Shown here one piece after another: positions 26,201 to 38,740 of a stretch of DNA of 64,000 nt. This DNA is from Azolla caroliniana (taxonomy: Eukaryota; Plantae; Polypodiophyta). Where the stretch lies: the NCBI GenBank assembly GCA_043228905.1, contig JBHGNT010000018.1:17732001-17796000 (forward strand), in the 5' to 3' direction. The notes below the pieces were generated by a model. That model did no database searches, was not told where the DNA came from, and was given only the letters and a program-made list of their open reading frames with translations. The translations under genes were made by a program, and so were the position numbers. How positions within the stretch are numbered: position 1 is the first letter of the stretch; each line of letters opens with the position of its first letter.

Positions 26201-28695
26201 TCTTCGGCACAGTAAACTCGAGCCGAATTCCCATCGAACGGCAATACTCCTCAAATTGCCCTCGGTATTCTCCTCCATTATCTGCTCGTATCGCTTTCAG
26301 CTTCTTGCCGGATTCCCTTTCCACTCTCGCGTGGAGTTCTTTGAAGACGCACAATACTTGGTCCTTTGTCTTCAACGGTGCCGTCCACAGCTTCCGGCTA
26401 TGGTCATCTATGAATGTTACGAAGTACTGGGTTCCGCCATGTGACTTCGTTTCTACCTGGCACACATCAGTGTGTACCAACTCCAATGGTACACTACGTC
26501 TCATCGGTGGTCTTGAGCGGAAGGAGGTCCGGTTGTGCTTACCGGCCAGACAATCGGTACACTTCCCCAGGTGTACGTGCTTTACCGGTATCAAGTTGTC
26601 TTCGGCAAGCCTCTTCATCCCCTTCTCGCTCATGTGGCATAGTCTCTTGTGCCACAGCTCACCGTCAGTGTCAGCTGCCACGTTCAGCTCCTCCGGACAT
26701 AGCCGGGAATTCATCAGGTACAGTGTGTTGATCTTCCGGGCCCGAGCCACTATCAGGCTCCCTTTGCTGAACTTCATGACACCGTTCCGGATGCTACCCG
26801 TGTAGCCTTCATCGTCTAGCCTCCCGGCCGAAATCAGGTTCAATCGAACCTCCGGAACGTGTCGAACATCCTTCAGCAGCATCTTGCATCCGGTTGATGT
26901 CATCAGCCACACGTCTCCTATGCCGGCAATCCGGCATGTCCCTTCATTTCCCATCCGGACACAGCCGTGCTCACCGGCTGTGTAGGATGAGAAGTATTTC
27001 TTCTCCGGGGTCAGGTGGAACGACGCTCCGGAATCGACCACCCAGGTCATCTCTTCATCGGCAAGGTTCAGCTCCCTTTCTTCGGTAATGAGCATTATCT
27101 CTTCTTCACTTGCCGCGAGTGCCGTCGTTCCTTTCCGGTCCTGCCCTCGCCGATCCGGACCTCTCCGGTCCGTGGCTCCCCGGTATGCACCGTTCCTCTC
27201 CGGTGACTTCTTCGAATCGGTGTCGTCGGCACCGTTGTCCTTTCGGTAATGCCGACAGTTCTTCCGGAAGTGCCCCGGCTTCCCACAGTGGAAGCATGTG
27301 GGTCTTCCTCTTGACTGCGACCGGGTCCCCGACTTCTCCCGTCTTTGCGGACTCCGGTTCCAATGTCTTCCTCGTTCCGATTCGGTAAGCAGCATCTTCG
27401 GATCGGAAACCTGTTCCTTATCTCTCCGACGCGCTTCTTCGTTCAAAATGCTTGTCTTTACCGTTTGTAGAGACAAGTTATCTTCGGTGCAGGAGGTGCT
27501 GAGAGTCACGACCAAGTTCTCCCAGCTTTCCGGCAATGTACACATCAGAATGATGGCTTGCATTGCATCCTCCAACGGGAACTTGATCGCCGCAAGCTGG
27601 TTCACGAATCCCATGAACGTGCTCACGTGTTCCACCATATTCTCGCCGTCCCGGTACTTGAGGTTCACTATCTTCCTCATCAGGGAGGTCCGGTTCAACG
27701 CATTCTTCCTCTCGTAGAGGCCCGACAGCTTCTTCCACATCTCATAGGCGTTCGTATCGTTCGCCACATGTTGCAGGACACTTACATCGACATATTGCCG
27801 GATCGTCGCTACGGTTTTGCGGTTCAGGAGCTTCCACTCCGACTCTATTACCCCCTTGGGTATCTCGGCATTGTCGATCGGTTCGTACAGGTCTCGGACG
27901 ATGAGAAGGTCTTCCATCTTTATCTTCCAGTCGGCGTAGTTCTGTGAGTTCAACACCATCATGCCCGGAGGCCCACTACCGCCGCCTTCCATTTTCTGTG
28001 TTACCGTCGCTCTGATACCACTTTGTTGAAGACAGTGCTCGGCCACAACCGAGGAATAGGATCAACTCACACAGAAAACGGGAAATACCAAAATGCACGA
28101 AGACAATAGAGAGAAGAGTACACAGGATATTTTACGTGGAAAACCCTAAATGGAAAAAAACCACGGGAGTCCTCAAACTCCAACTATCACTATGAACAGA
28201 GATGTACAATGGTGAAGCTTCAAGGCAACAACCTTGAGCTCACTGTCTTCGCCACAGGCGGCGGTAATACACAGAGGCAACGACCTCTTCGTCCCTCTCT
28301 CTCTGTCTCTCTCTCTCGGCTGCTCACTTAGCTCCCCCTAAGTGGAAAAACAGAAAAGTAAGTAACAACAGTGACAACTGTTTACCCTAAGTCATATTTA
28401 TACACATATGACTTTCAGGCTATTTACAAATATAGCCTCAAGAGCCCTTGGCAAACATATTCACAAATATGTCCCCGTATCCGAATCTCTCTCCGGGTAC
28501 ATTCGTCATCCTGCTCCGTAACCGGGGTCTTCATCATCCGGCTCCGTAGCCGGGGTCTCCATCATCCGGCTCCGTAGCCGGGGTCTTCATCCGGCTTCAT
28601 GCCGGGTACTCTTCATCCTCCGGTTCTGTAACTGCAACCGGGCTTGCCGTCATTCATCTCCGGACATCCCATCCGGAGGGACCGACATCCCAACA
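23236..28695 (-). mobile_element. Young, complete Ty1/copia (Tork/Tnt1-like) element H
   Basis: LTRs 23236-23908 and 28024-28695 are nearly identical. TSD TAAAA. iMet PBS 28009-28020. PPT 23909-23920. Confidence 0.97.
23919..27992 (-). pseudogene. gag-pol polyprotein of H with two TAG stops (24957 and 24174)
   Basis: Single reading frame gag-PR-INT-RT-RH from MEGGGSG; LYVDDML RT motif and ALSTTEAEY RNase H motif. Confidence 0.95.
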
Positions 28696-28717
28696 TAAAA
28701 GTCTATAATAAGATAAA

Positions 28718-29175
28718 TACGTAACTAAAATAACATTTGATAATGTTTTATATATAAAGATAACATTAACAACACATATGATAATATTAGATATATATAA
28801 TGTTTTATATATAAAGATAACATTAACAACACATATGATAATATTAGATATATATGTAAAGAAAAATAATATATATATATATATATATATATAGATAAAT
28901 ATATTATATTACACGAACAAGAGAGGACTTGAACCAATAACCCCACCCTATGATTCTCAAATCTTACCATTTACTCTATACTAGTAATATACATAAAATA
29001 AAGCATACTTTATATTACATAAAGGATTTGCTTCATGATATAAAAATAAAGTTGTATGTTGTATTCAATAGTATCTAGAGACTCAAACCCACAACCTCAT
29101 ACACCAAAGTCAACACAACTACCATTAGGCTAGGTCCTTTCTCTTTAAGATTATATTTTCATGTTTATTGTTATT
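28718..29175 (-). other. 458-bp segment present only in the 3' LTR of E: two tRNA-like A/B-box modules, (TA)n and a short tandem duplication
   Basis: The 5' LTR has only AGTCCCAG at this position. Minus-strand boxes TAGCCTAATGG..GGTTTGAGTC (29132-29080) and TAGAGTAAATGG..GGTTCAAGTCC (28978-28925). Confidence 0.7.
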
Positions 29176-31345
29176 GCATATATTGTTTCATACATAAAAG
29201 CTCAAATGAGCGAGATGTTTATCATGCATCACATGTAATGCATGAACGCCAAATGGCGACCATGCATCACATGCATGTCTTGTACCCTCCAATGCATCAT
29301 ATGCATGGGGGCACCTATTTAAAGGGTGAAAGAGAAGATCAAAAGGGGAAGAGGTATGAGATATCAATCAAATTATGTATTACATAAGAGATACCATAAA
29401 AATAGAGAAAGAAGGGAAGAAGTTAAACATAAACATGGAGCTCTAGCTTGGCGGTCGTGGTGGTCAACTCTCAACAAGAGGGAGGCGGTTCAAGCCTTAT
29501 CTTCATCAAAATATTGAAGCAAAGATTGTAGTGGTCTACGATCAAGAAAGAGAAGAGCGATTACCTTGCAAGACAAAGTTCGGAGGTTCAACGACGTGCA
29601 CAATCATTTTGTAACTCTTTCATGAAAATGATTATAAATTTCATACACTTTCTCATATATTATTTTATATCTTATCTTGTCTTATCTTATATTCCTTAAA
29701 AATCCTATTTTGTCATATCTTATTGATCTCTATTCACTCCATCTCTACTCTTTTGTCTCTTCCGTCCATAATCCCAGTGATTCCTTCCTCACTTTCACGT
29801 TATCCTTTGTGTGTGCAACGCTACGCTTCTAGGCGAGGCACGTCACGACAACGCAACATGGACACACAATGTTCCCGATGCCGTACTGAACAAAGGAGGC
29901 AAGAAGACCGACCGCGGTATGTGGATCGCAACCCACGTGACGACCGGCACTACCGGAATCGTTGGAATCACAACGATTCCGAGGAAGACGAGCCAGAGGA
30001 TGAGGACTACCGTGGTCCCCCGTGTTATGCTAAAGGGGGCCGACGCTATGAGAATCACCGGCCGACAAACAAACGTGGTGGTTTCAATGGATGGCGTGGG
30101 TAGCACAAGCGGGGGAATTGCACGCGTATTGTGTGGACTGGGGAACCGGCGAAAAGACGGCCAAGGTTTCTATAAACTCAATGAGGAGAGCATTGCGACA
30201 GTACGCGAGGACCTAGCGCAAGACTATCGCGCGCTAGCGGATCAACATTCTGAAGAACTCGCGCAACTATTAGATGATTTTAGTGAAACCCAGGAGGAGT
30301 TGTTTCACCAGATCACACAAGCCGGCAGCACACAAACAAATGAGGAAGCCATCACGACACCAATTCCGGACACTACCGAAGAAGGGGAACCTCAGGCCAG
30401 GTCACCAGCAATTACAACTACGGTGAACAACGCGGAACGACGAGCGGAGTCTCCCCCATTACCAGATAGCGAAACCGCTGCCCAAGAGGAACCCCATCTA
30501 TCGGAGCATATGCTATCGACCAACCACACGGAGAATGTTGCGGACCAAGCGGAACCGCAACCCCACTCCCTAGAGTGTACAACGATGGCTGACACCACGA
30601 AGAAAGTGATAGATGAGACGAAGCCGCGATCGACCGCAAGCCCACTGACGGCTGAGCCCAACCCCCTAGCCCAAGAAGAGCCCATAGAACCTGGACTGCC
30701 CACACAGGACGATCGCGACACTAGGAGAAGCCCTCTCGACCAAACAGGGGAACCACACCACGACGCACCTACGGGCCCTACACCGTCCCCGGACGCGGAC
30801 ACCATAGCAGAGCCAAACATCCGGGCCATTTTGGAAGAACATTAACAAGATGGGTCCGACGTGCCATGGCACTGTCCCACAGGCGTGCCAGGTGTTGTCC
30901 GTTGGAATAGTAACCGACGGACAAAAGCGCAGGAATAGGAAATAGTATAAGATTGTAACACATGTAACGGTTCACGCGGGAAGCGTGAACAGCTAAAAGA
31001 CCCTGCGTATATAAAGGGCAGAAAACCTCTAATAGAGGTAGCGTGTAATTTTGGGAATGTAAAGAAGCGTATCGTAATAGAATTCTATCTTCTCTGATAT
31101 CTGCATATAGCTATAGCTAATCTAATGTGTGTCTGTAACACCTGAGAGTGTAGAATAAGCAACGGTGAGTGTGTATCCACTGATAAGGAGCTCGGTTGTA
31201 GCCATCTCCCTTATACGCCGTTAGGTTACGGGGAACATTCCCCTACGTATTACGCACAAACGCTACCGTTCGTTGTCACACGGTCACTTGGAGGTCTAGG
31301 TCAAAGGACTGACCGTAAACCGTGTTCCTAATCGGTAACACTTTA

Positions 31346-31643
31346 CATACGTAGCCCTCATGGGGTGCACATTCAGACTATTTACAATTATAGTCTCCCA
31401 AGTTGGCTATATACACGTTTTTGGTTGTCACTCATCAACTCTTTCCCATATGAAGGGACTTGTTTCCACATATCATAATAATAATAATAATAATAATAAT
31501 AATGGTCGAATCTTCAAACAATCGACTCATTGTTTTCGACTCTTCGACTGTCGGCTTTCCGAGCAGTCGGATCTTCCTTGTCATTGACTGTCGGCTTTCC
31601 GATTAGTCGGTTCTTCCTCCCACTAGAGGGACATATTTCCAAC
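31346..31643 (-). repeat. Remainder of the 5' LTR of copia B
   Basis: Continues the CTATTTAC-type copia LTR text and ends GAGGGACATATTTCCAACA like the other copia LTRs. Flanks of element C are ATTTA/CTTTA. Confidence 0.75.
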
Positions 31644-32697
31644 AACCCCTGGATGAGCTTGTTTTGTGTGCTCTTTTGTAATTCAATTACATTATCTTTC
31701 CTAAGAAACCATGTTAATTAACATCGTTAAAGTGGTTCTTAAGTTTGTGAATTACAAGTAATTTAGATCAATCTAACTAACAAGATAAAACCATTAAACT
31801 CCTTAAATTAGATAAGGTACGGGAGAGGTAAGATTAGGGCTTTGATTAAGGCTCATGAGTAAGGAAAATATTAAGTTTTCTTGAGTCTCGGCAAGGCTTC
31901 CTATGATCAAAGCTACATTGCCTCTAGTTTATACAATAAGATCCACATGGCCTTGTCAGCTTCCCTCCCAAACTTTTTAGAATTGAGAAGCTTATTCTTT
32001 TCCACATATAAGGTGTTTGTGTTAGCCGGTCGGCTACTAGGGTCAGAGGGTCGGAGTCAGACGAGTGTGAAAGGAAGTCAGAATCGACAATGTTCGTAGT
32101 CGAACAAGTGTGAAAGTGTCGGAGTCGGATCGTGGACGCGGATCATTGAGTCGGAAATAGAATGATAATATATTTTGCCAAGTAGAAAAATAGTAGAGTG
32201 AGTTAGGACAATTTTGTCATAGTTCTTGCCAAACATGGCAAGTGTAAATATTGAAGAGAGACTCTCGAATCACTTATAAAAAGGGACTGAGAGCATTGTA
32301 ATCCTATTGTTCTATTTTGGAATTAATATATGTTAGTAGTTAGAGTATATCTTTGTGCCAACTCTATTCGTAACTATTTTGTATCTCTGTTTGTGTTGAA
32401 CTCTGAGTACTATTTCTGCTAATTAATTATATTAAAACAAGTAGTCGATCACAAGTACTAAGAAGCAGAGCAGTGTCTCTATAGGACAATTTCAAACACT
32501 GACTAATACAATCTATCTAACTCTCACCACAATCATCTTGATAGAACTTTATGATCTGAACGTTGGACGCATTGTGTTTGTTGACTACAACAATTGGTTG
32601 TTGGCAGATCAATAGTTTGACTACAAGTGGGATCCTTGAGTGTTGAGTGTGGGTTTAGAAGTGTTAATAATCGTGGGTCTATTTTCCACTATCAACA
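31644..32697 (+). repeat. Probable LTR remnant of another family (5' end not identified)
   Basis: TATAAAAAGGG, TTGTAA and U5-like end TTCCACTATCAACA; no partner LTR in the window. Confidence 0.45.
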
Positions 32698-33020
32698 ATA
32701 GGTCAAACTTGTGAAACAAGATTTGAATTGCATTCTTTTTGCTTAGAGACCAATTCTAAGATGGTTCAATCATCATAACCACTCCATTTGCTTCTTGCTT
32801 AGCATATTGTTCTCCCATCACATAAAAGGTCAAGGAACCTCTAAGCTAGAAAGAAAGAGTCTCAAACTTTACAGATAGTTCTAAGATGCAACAACGTTAA
32901 CTAATGCACATAGGAATGGATTAAAAAGGAGTTAAATACCTAAAAAATAATTTCATTTATTGTTCAAAATTTTTTAGTCTTGTTTTTATTGATTATTCTA
33001 TGTTTTGTAATTTATGTATA

Positions 33021-34260
33021 GGTACATACATTTATATGGAAGATAGTCAAGCTACAACTCCTTTATCTTTACCCATAAAGGCCACAAGGGCCTATAGCTC
33101 ATCAGCTAAAGGCATCTTGGTTGAGGCTCTGTTACTATTTTCTTCCCAATTGTTAAGTTCATGGTCCGAGAAACACATGGTCTCCATCAAGGAGGGAGAT
33201 GCATCTAAATGTTGATGTGCTTATTGTCACTTGTTATGGTCAAGCTCCACATCTACCAATTCTATTGCCAAGCACTTATTAGATAAGCATAATATTAATA
33301 ACACATCACAACCACAAGCTTCTAGCAATGTTCTTGTCCAAACTCAAATAGATGCATCCACATCTACATTAGCTATATCTCATACTCTAGAGAAGAAATT
33401 TGATAGTACTATTGTTAGATATATAATTTCATCAATGCTACCTCATGCACGTATTGAGTCTTCTAGTTTTAAGAGATTAATGCATGATGTCTTGCCCAAT
33501 TATCAACTTAAATCAGCACATAAACTTAATAAAAGATTAGTGTTACAGATGTATGTTGTTCGTCACCATTTAGTTATTACTTATTTGTCCTCACAAAGTT
33601 TTAGATATGCTATAACACTTGATGGGTGGACAAATAATAGTTTGAAAGGAATTTATCCCATGACATTACATTGGATCTCTTTGGATTCTAGTAAGTCAAG
33701 TAGAGTGGTTTTAGACTTTCTAGATGTCTTTCCAAGAGATAGGGTAGGAAAATGTGTCAGAAAAGCTTTATTCTCAAGTCTAAAGTCATTTAGTATCTCT
33801 TCAGGTATTCTATCTACAACTTCTGATGGTGCTAGTGAATCTCTAGTTGCATCAAAGGAATTAGCTATGTTATTACTTAGTCATCATAGACAAGACATTT
33901 TACAATAATCGCATATGTTAAGATGCATGATGCATATATATCAACTTGGTATAAAGTCTGCATAATTTAGAAGTTGTTACTTCTTCTACCATGAAGTTAT
34001 GGAAGACATTACATTCTATACACACAAGTAAAGTGAGTAAAGCTATATTCAAAAAATATCCAAAAACCATGCATGAGAATGGGGAACAAGCACCATCATG
34101 TCTAGATTGCATTACTAGTCGATGGAATTCAACTATAATAATATATCAACAATCCCTAAAGTGAAGAGATGTCTTGATTTATACCACAAGTGACAAGGCC
34201 ATTGCTGATGTGTTTGTTGACCATACAATCTCCATAGAAGATTGGAGTCATATAAAAAGT
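33021..34260 (+). pseudogene. hAT (Ac-like) transposase, N-terminal BED finger and catalytic region
   Basis: CAYC..IAKHLLDKH BED finger, AITLDGWT, TTSDGAS, CMMH (CxxH) and RWNST motifs. Confidence 0.88.
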
Positions 34261-34458
34261 ATGCAACAGTGGTTGCTTAGTCATTTTGCGCCTGTACGTA
34301 TCTGACGCGTATCCGATTCTACTCGGAAGATCGTGGCTACGGATAGCCAACATCAAACAGAACTGGCAGAGAAATATCATCACCTTCCGAGAGGTACAAC
34401 AAACATTCGGGTACCGACGGAAGAGCGAACAACAATGGCAAAAGAGATAACGCTGCTT

Positions 34459-37400
34459 TGTTGCAAATAGTGCTCGGCCTCAACTGAGTTTTAATCACAC
34501 GATGGAAGAAACAAACATAAAACAAGAGATTCATGCACCTACACTCGTAATAAGAAGACACGGGATATTAACGTGGAAACCCTAATCGGGGAAAACCACG
34601 GGAGTTCACGGAACTCCAAACAGGATCACTATAGGGAAGAGGTATTATAGTAAGAGTCACAAAGGCAACAACCTCGAGCTCTTTATCTTCGCCAACCGGT
34701 GGTTACAATAGAAATGACTTTCTGTATCTCTCTCTCTCTCTCTCTCTCCCGCACACTTTCTTACAGTGGCAATAACAACATCATTATGATTGCCCTAATT
34801 TATATTTATACTTATATAGCTTATGGACTATTTACAAATTTGGCCTATAAGAAACATATTTACAAATCTGTCCTTTTTCACGGTCGATCCGGCCAACCTC
34901 CTTCCGGGTCCATCCGATTTGGTTTTCGGTGGATGTGCTTCGTCCTGGAGTGGTACGCCTCATTCTTTGCAAGGTGGATGGCACTTTGGCTGTCGTAGTG
35001 GAGCCAATATTCCTCTTGTCGGATTCCTAGCTCTCTTATGAAGTCCTTCATCCATACCATTTCCTTGCCAGCCTCCACGGCTGCCATGTACTCCACCTCC
35101 GTTGTCGACAATGCAATAGACTTTTGCAGCCTTGACTGCCACGATATGGCTCCCCCCTGCTAATGTCATGCATGGCACTCAACCACTTCAGGTTGTGGGT
35201 GTCCCTCTTTGCTTCTTCAAAGCTTTCCGGCTCCCCCTCGTTCGGTTAGAGGGTATCTCTGGCGGGTGCTTCTCTCTCTTAGAGGGTATCTACGTCCTTG
35301 GTTTTCGGCCACCTGTTCTTCCGTCTGTTCTTCATTCGAATCCAATTTAGGGTCTTGTCCAGTTCTAGTGTCCAATTCTTCTTCTTCGGTCAGTTCGGTT
35401 CCTTGTTTGAATCTAGCCAGTTCATCGAGTGTCATCTGGCTCTTGGCTGGATGGGTCCTTGTGTCTTTTGACCAATTTATATCAGTCGACCCAAAATCCA
35501 CTATCTTCTTCTCCAACTCCATGAAAATTATGTCTCAGCTCCGAAAGACCTTCTTGTCAACCAAGTCCACACTCAATAGCCAAATTCATCATTGACGTAT
35601 CCAAGGAATATTCATGGCGGGGATTTCGGGTCCAATTTCCCTCTCTTGTCCTTTGCTACATGCATGTAGGTGAGGCATCCAAACACCTTCAGATGTTGGT
35701 AAGACACATCTTTACCGGTCCATACTCTCTGCGGTGTGCTTCCATCCAAGGGAGCTGAGGGTGATCTATTTATCACATAGGTCATCGTCATCGGCGCCTC
35801 AACCTAGAACGTATTGGGCAACTTAGCATGTGCAGCAAGCATGCTCTGGACTCTCTCCATTAGAGTTTGATTCATCCATTCGGCTAGCCCATTCAGTTCT
35901 AGCGTCTTTGGCATGGTGAATTCGAGCTGGATTCCTTTCGACCGACAGTATTCCTCAAACTGCCCCTGGTACTCTCCACTGTCGGCGGCTCGAACTGCTT
36001 TCAGTTTCCATCTAGTTTCTCTCTCCAGTCTCGCGTGGAACTCCTTGAAGACTGTCAGTACCTGATCCTTCATCAGCGGTGAAACCCACAACTTCCGGCG
36101 GTGGTCATCTATGAATGTCACAAACTACTGCGATTCGACATGTGACTTCGTGTCCATTTGGCATACATCAGTATGCACAAGTTCCAACATTGCATTCCAT
36201 CTCATCTGTGGTCTTGTCCGGAAAGAGGTTCAGTTTAGCTTGTCGACCAAGCAGTCGGTGCACTTGTCAAGCTGCATGTTCTTCACCTCCAGAATGAGGT
36301 TATCCTCGGCAAGTATTCTCATCCCTTTTTGGTTCATGTGGCACAACCTCTTGTGCCACAACTCACCGGCGGTGTCGGATGCCATGTTCACTTCTTATTG
36401 GCATATCTGAGCATGCATTAGGTATAGAGTATTGATCTTCTAGGCTCGAGCCATTGTAACACTCCCTTTGCTGAACTTCATCCGTTTCGGATGCTACCCA
36501 TGTAGCCTTCATCATCTAGCTGACCGGTTGATATTAGGTTCAATCGAACCTCCGGAACATGCAGGACATCTTTCAACAACAACTTACACCCGGTTGACGT
36601 CGTCAACCACACATCTTTTATGCTGACTATTCGGCATGATCCTTCATTCCCCGTCTGCACGGAACCGTGGTCACCAACTTTGTAAGATGAGAAGCATTTC
36701 CGATCGGGGGTCAAATGGGACGACGCTTCGGAGTCAACCACCCACGTCGTTTCGCCGCTGACAAGATGCAATTCGCTCTCCCCGGCAATGAGTAGTAGTT
36801 CTTCTTTGCTTGTTGTGATTGCCAACATTCCTTTCCAATTCGAGCTCTTCCGGTTCGGACCCTTCTTCGAGTCGGCATTGTCGGTTCCCTCTTTCTCCTT
36901 CCACACATGGTAGTTGGAGCTAATGAGCTTGAAAATGCCACCAAATGAGGCTTCCATTTTTCTATTTGGGGTTTTAAAAAAAACCCTTGCTTTGATACTA
37001 GTTTGTTGCAAATAGTGCTTGGCCTCAACTGAGTCTTAATCACCTGATGAAAGAAATAAACATAAAACAAGAGATTAATGCACTTATGCTTGTAATAAGA
37101 CGACATAGGATATTAACGTGGAAACCCTAATCCGGGAAAACCACGGGAGTTCACGAAACTCCAAATTGGATCACTATAGGGAAGAGGTATTACAGTAAGA
37201 GTCACAGTGGCAACGACCTCAAGCTCTAAATCTTCGCCAATCCGCGGTTACAACAGAAACGACTTTCTATCTCTCTCTCCCTCTCTCTCTCCCACACACT
37301 TGCTTACAATGGTAACAACAACATCATTATGATTGCCCTAAGTTATATTTATATTTATATAACTTATGGACTATTTACAATGTGGCCTCAACCACCTATA

Positions 37401-37581
37401 AGAAACATATTTTCAAATCTATCTGTTTTCACGGTTCATACCGGACTCCTTTCGGGTCCATCCGATCCGGTTTCCGGATATCCTTCCGGATCACTCCGAT
37501 CCAGCTGGCTCTTCGTCGGCTTCTCCAATCCGACTATCTTGGCTTGCCCGATCCCCATCCGAAGGGACCGATATCTCAACA
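34459..37581 (-). mobile_element. Internally deleted copia element I related to H
   Basis: LTRs 34459 to about 34920 (truncated) and 37004-37581. Decayed iMet PBS 36989-37000. PR, INT and RH remnants with gag and RT deleted. Decayed TSD TGCTT/CGCTC. Confidence 0.88.
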
Positions 37582-37586
37582 CGCTC

Positions 37587-38740
37587 TACGCCGAGGGAGT
37601 TTATATGGTCGATGGATTGAACGACGACGAGGTTGCCCAATATTTAGAAGAGAATCCGAAACTAATATCACTATTCAAAATTGACATCATTGAAACAGTC
37701 AGCTCGTACGTGTCCAAGAGGGACACCAAGACGGAGGAAAACTTAAAGGAATCGAACCCAAAATCCGTGGAAGAACTCAATATATTTAGAGTATATATTC
37801 TTTAACTATATGTATAAGCACATCATTACAATGGTTAAGGATTTGACACGTATATAACAAAGTTGTGGGTTCAAATCCTTTCAAGGCATCATGTGAGTGC
37901 CATCATGACAAGATATCATCATTATGTGAGTGGCATCATGACAACCACCATCACAGACGTGTTGGACATCGTACCAAGCCACGAAATCTACAGCTTCATG
38001 GACAACTTTAGTGGATACAATCAAATCCAAATGAACCTAGAAGACCAAGAAAAGACAATGTTCATCATGGAATGGGGTGTTTTCGTGGCAGTTGTGATGA
38101 TGTTCGGCTTGAAAACGGTGCATGTGACATTCTAACGAATCATCATGAAAATCTTCAGTGATTATGTTCCTACATTTATGTAGTTCTTTTTAGATGATTT
38201 TGATGTATACAACCAATGACTTGAACATCTCGAACACCTATCCCTTTTCTTGGATAGATGTCGAGCGGCTCGACTAAGCTTGAATCCCGTGAAATGCCCA
38301 TTCTGCGTAACCACCAGAGCACTACTAGGTCACATCATCAGCCGAGAAGAAGTTGTAGTAGACCCCGAAAAGGTCAAAGAAATAATCGAGGCTTCAACAC
38401 AAGAAAACGTAAAAGCCTTGAGCAGATTTTTAGGACAAATTCGGTGGCACAACCGAATGTTACGATATTTGGCCGATTTCCCGATGCCACTACATGCGGC
38501 GGTACACCGCATGCCATTTTGATGGGCACCTACTGAGGACAAGGCATACCAGGGCCTCAAAGTCATGCTATCACAGGTACCTATCATCCAACCACCGAAT
38601 TGGACGAAACCATTCCACGTTTTTGTCGATGTCTTCGACACGACAATTGGCAATGCATTGATGCAATTCACAACACCAAATTGGTATCGGCTAGTATATT
38701 ATGCGGGCTGGAGACTCTCAACAATAGAGAAGGATTATGG
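37587..38740 (+). pseudogene. Gypsy pol fragment J (RT-RNase H), host of copia I
   Basis: SFMDNFSGYNQI, VMMFGLK, FLDDF and KPFHVFVD motifs. Confidence 0.85.
37782..37943 (-). repeat. Chromovirus-type LTR U3 fragment with duplicated terminus and tRNA-like module
   Basis: Ends CATCATGACA twice (37910, 37943; reverse complement TGTCATGATG, like copy F). ACAATGGTTAAGG..GGTTCAAATCC at 37824-37878. Confidence 0.6.

Larger units (their letters stand above)
16744..29850 (+). mobile_element. Non-chromovirus Ty3/gypsy element E (Phygy-like by PBS; lineage tentative), full length, decayed
   Basis: 5' LTR 16744-17474. PBS TGGTGAACCCGACGTGAA at 17480-17497 (tRNA-Trp). PPT before 23205. 3' LTR 23205-29850 interrupted by copia H. 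TSD ATGC/ACGC. Confidence 0.92.
10679..31340 (+). mobile_element. Gag-only LTR element C (about 2.95 kb net), host of elements D and E
   Basis: 448-bp LTRs (10679-10706 plus 15313-15732, and 30893-31340) with TG..CA ends. TSD ATTTA/CTTTA. PBS TGGCACGCTTGGTG at 15737. Gag remnants FNGETDAATHI and two CCHC knuckles (CTICLKSGHSAVEC, CPICHSKAHTVEQC). No pol. Confidence 0.88.

Noticed and set aside
27993-28046. N-terminal extension MAEHCLQQSGIRA of the 1029-aa ORF
   Set aside because: It is translation through the LTR end and the PBS; the homologous start is MEGG at 27992.
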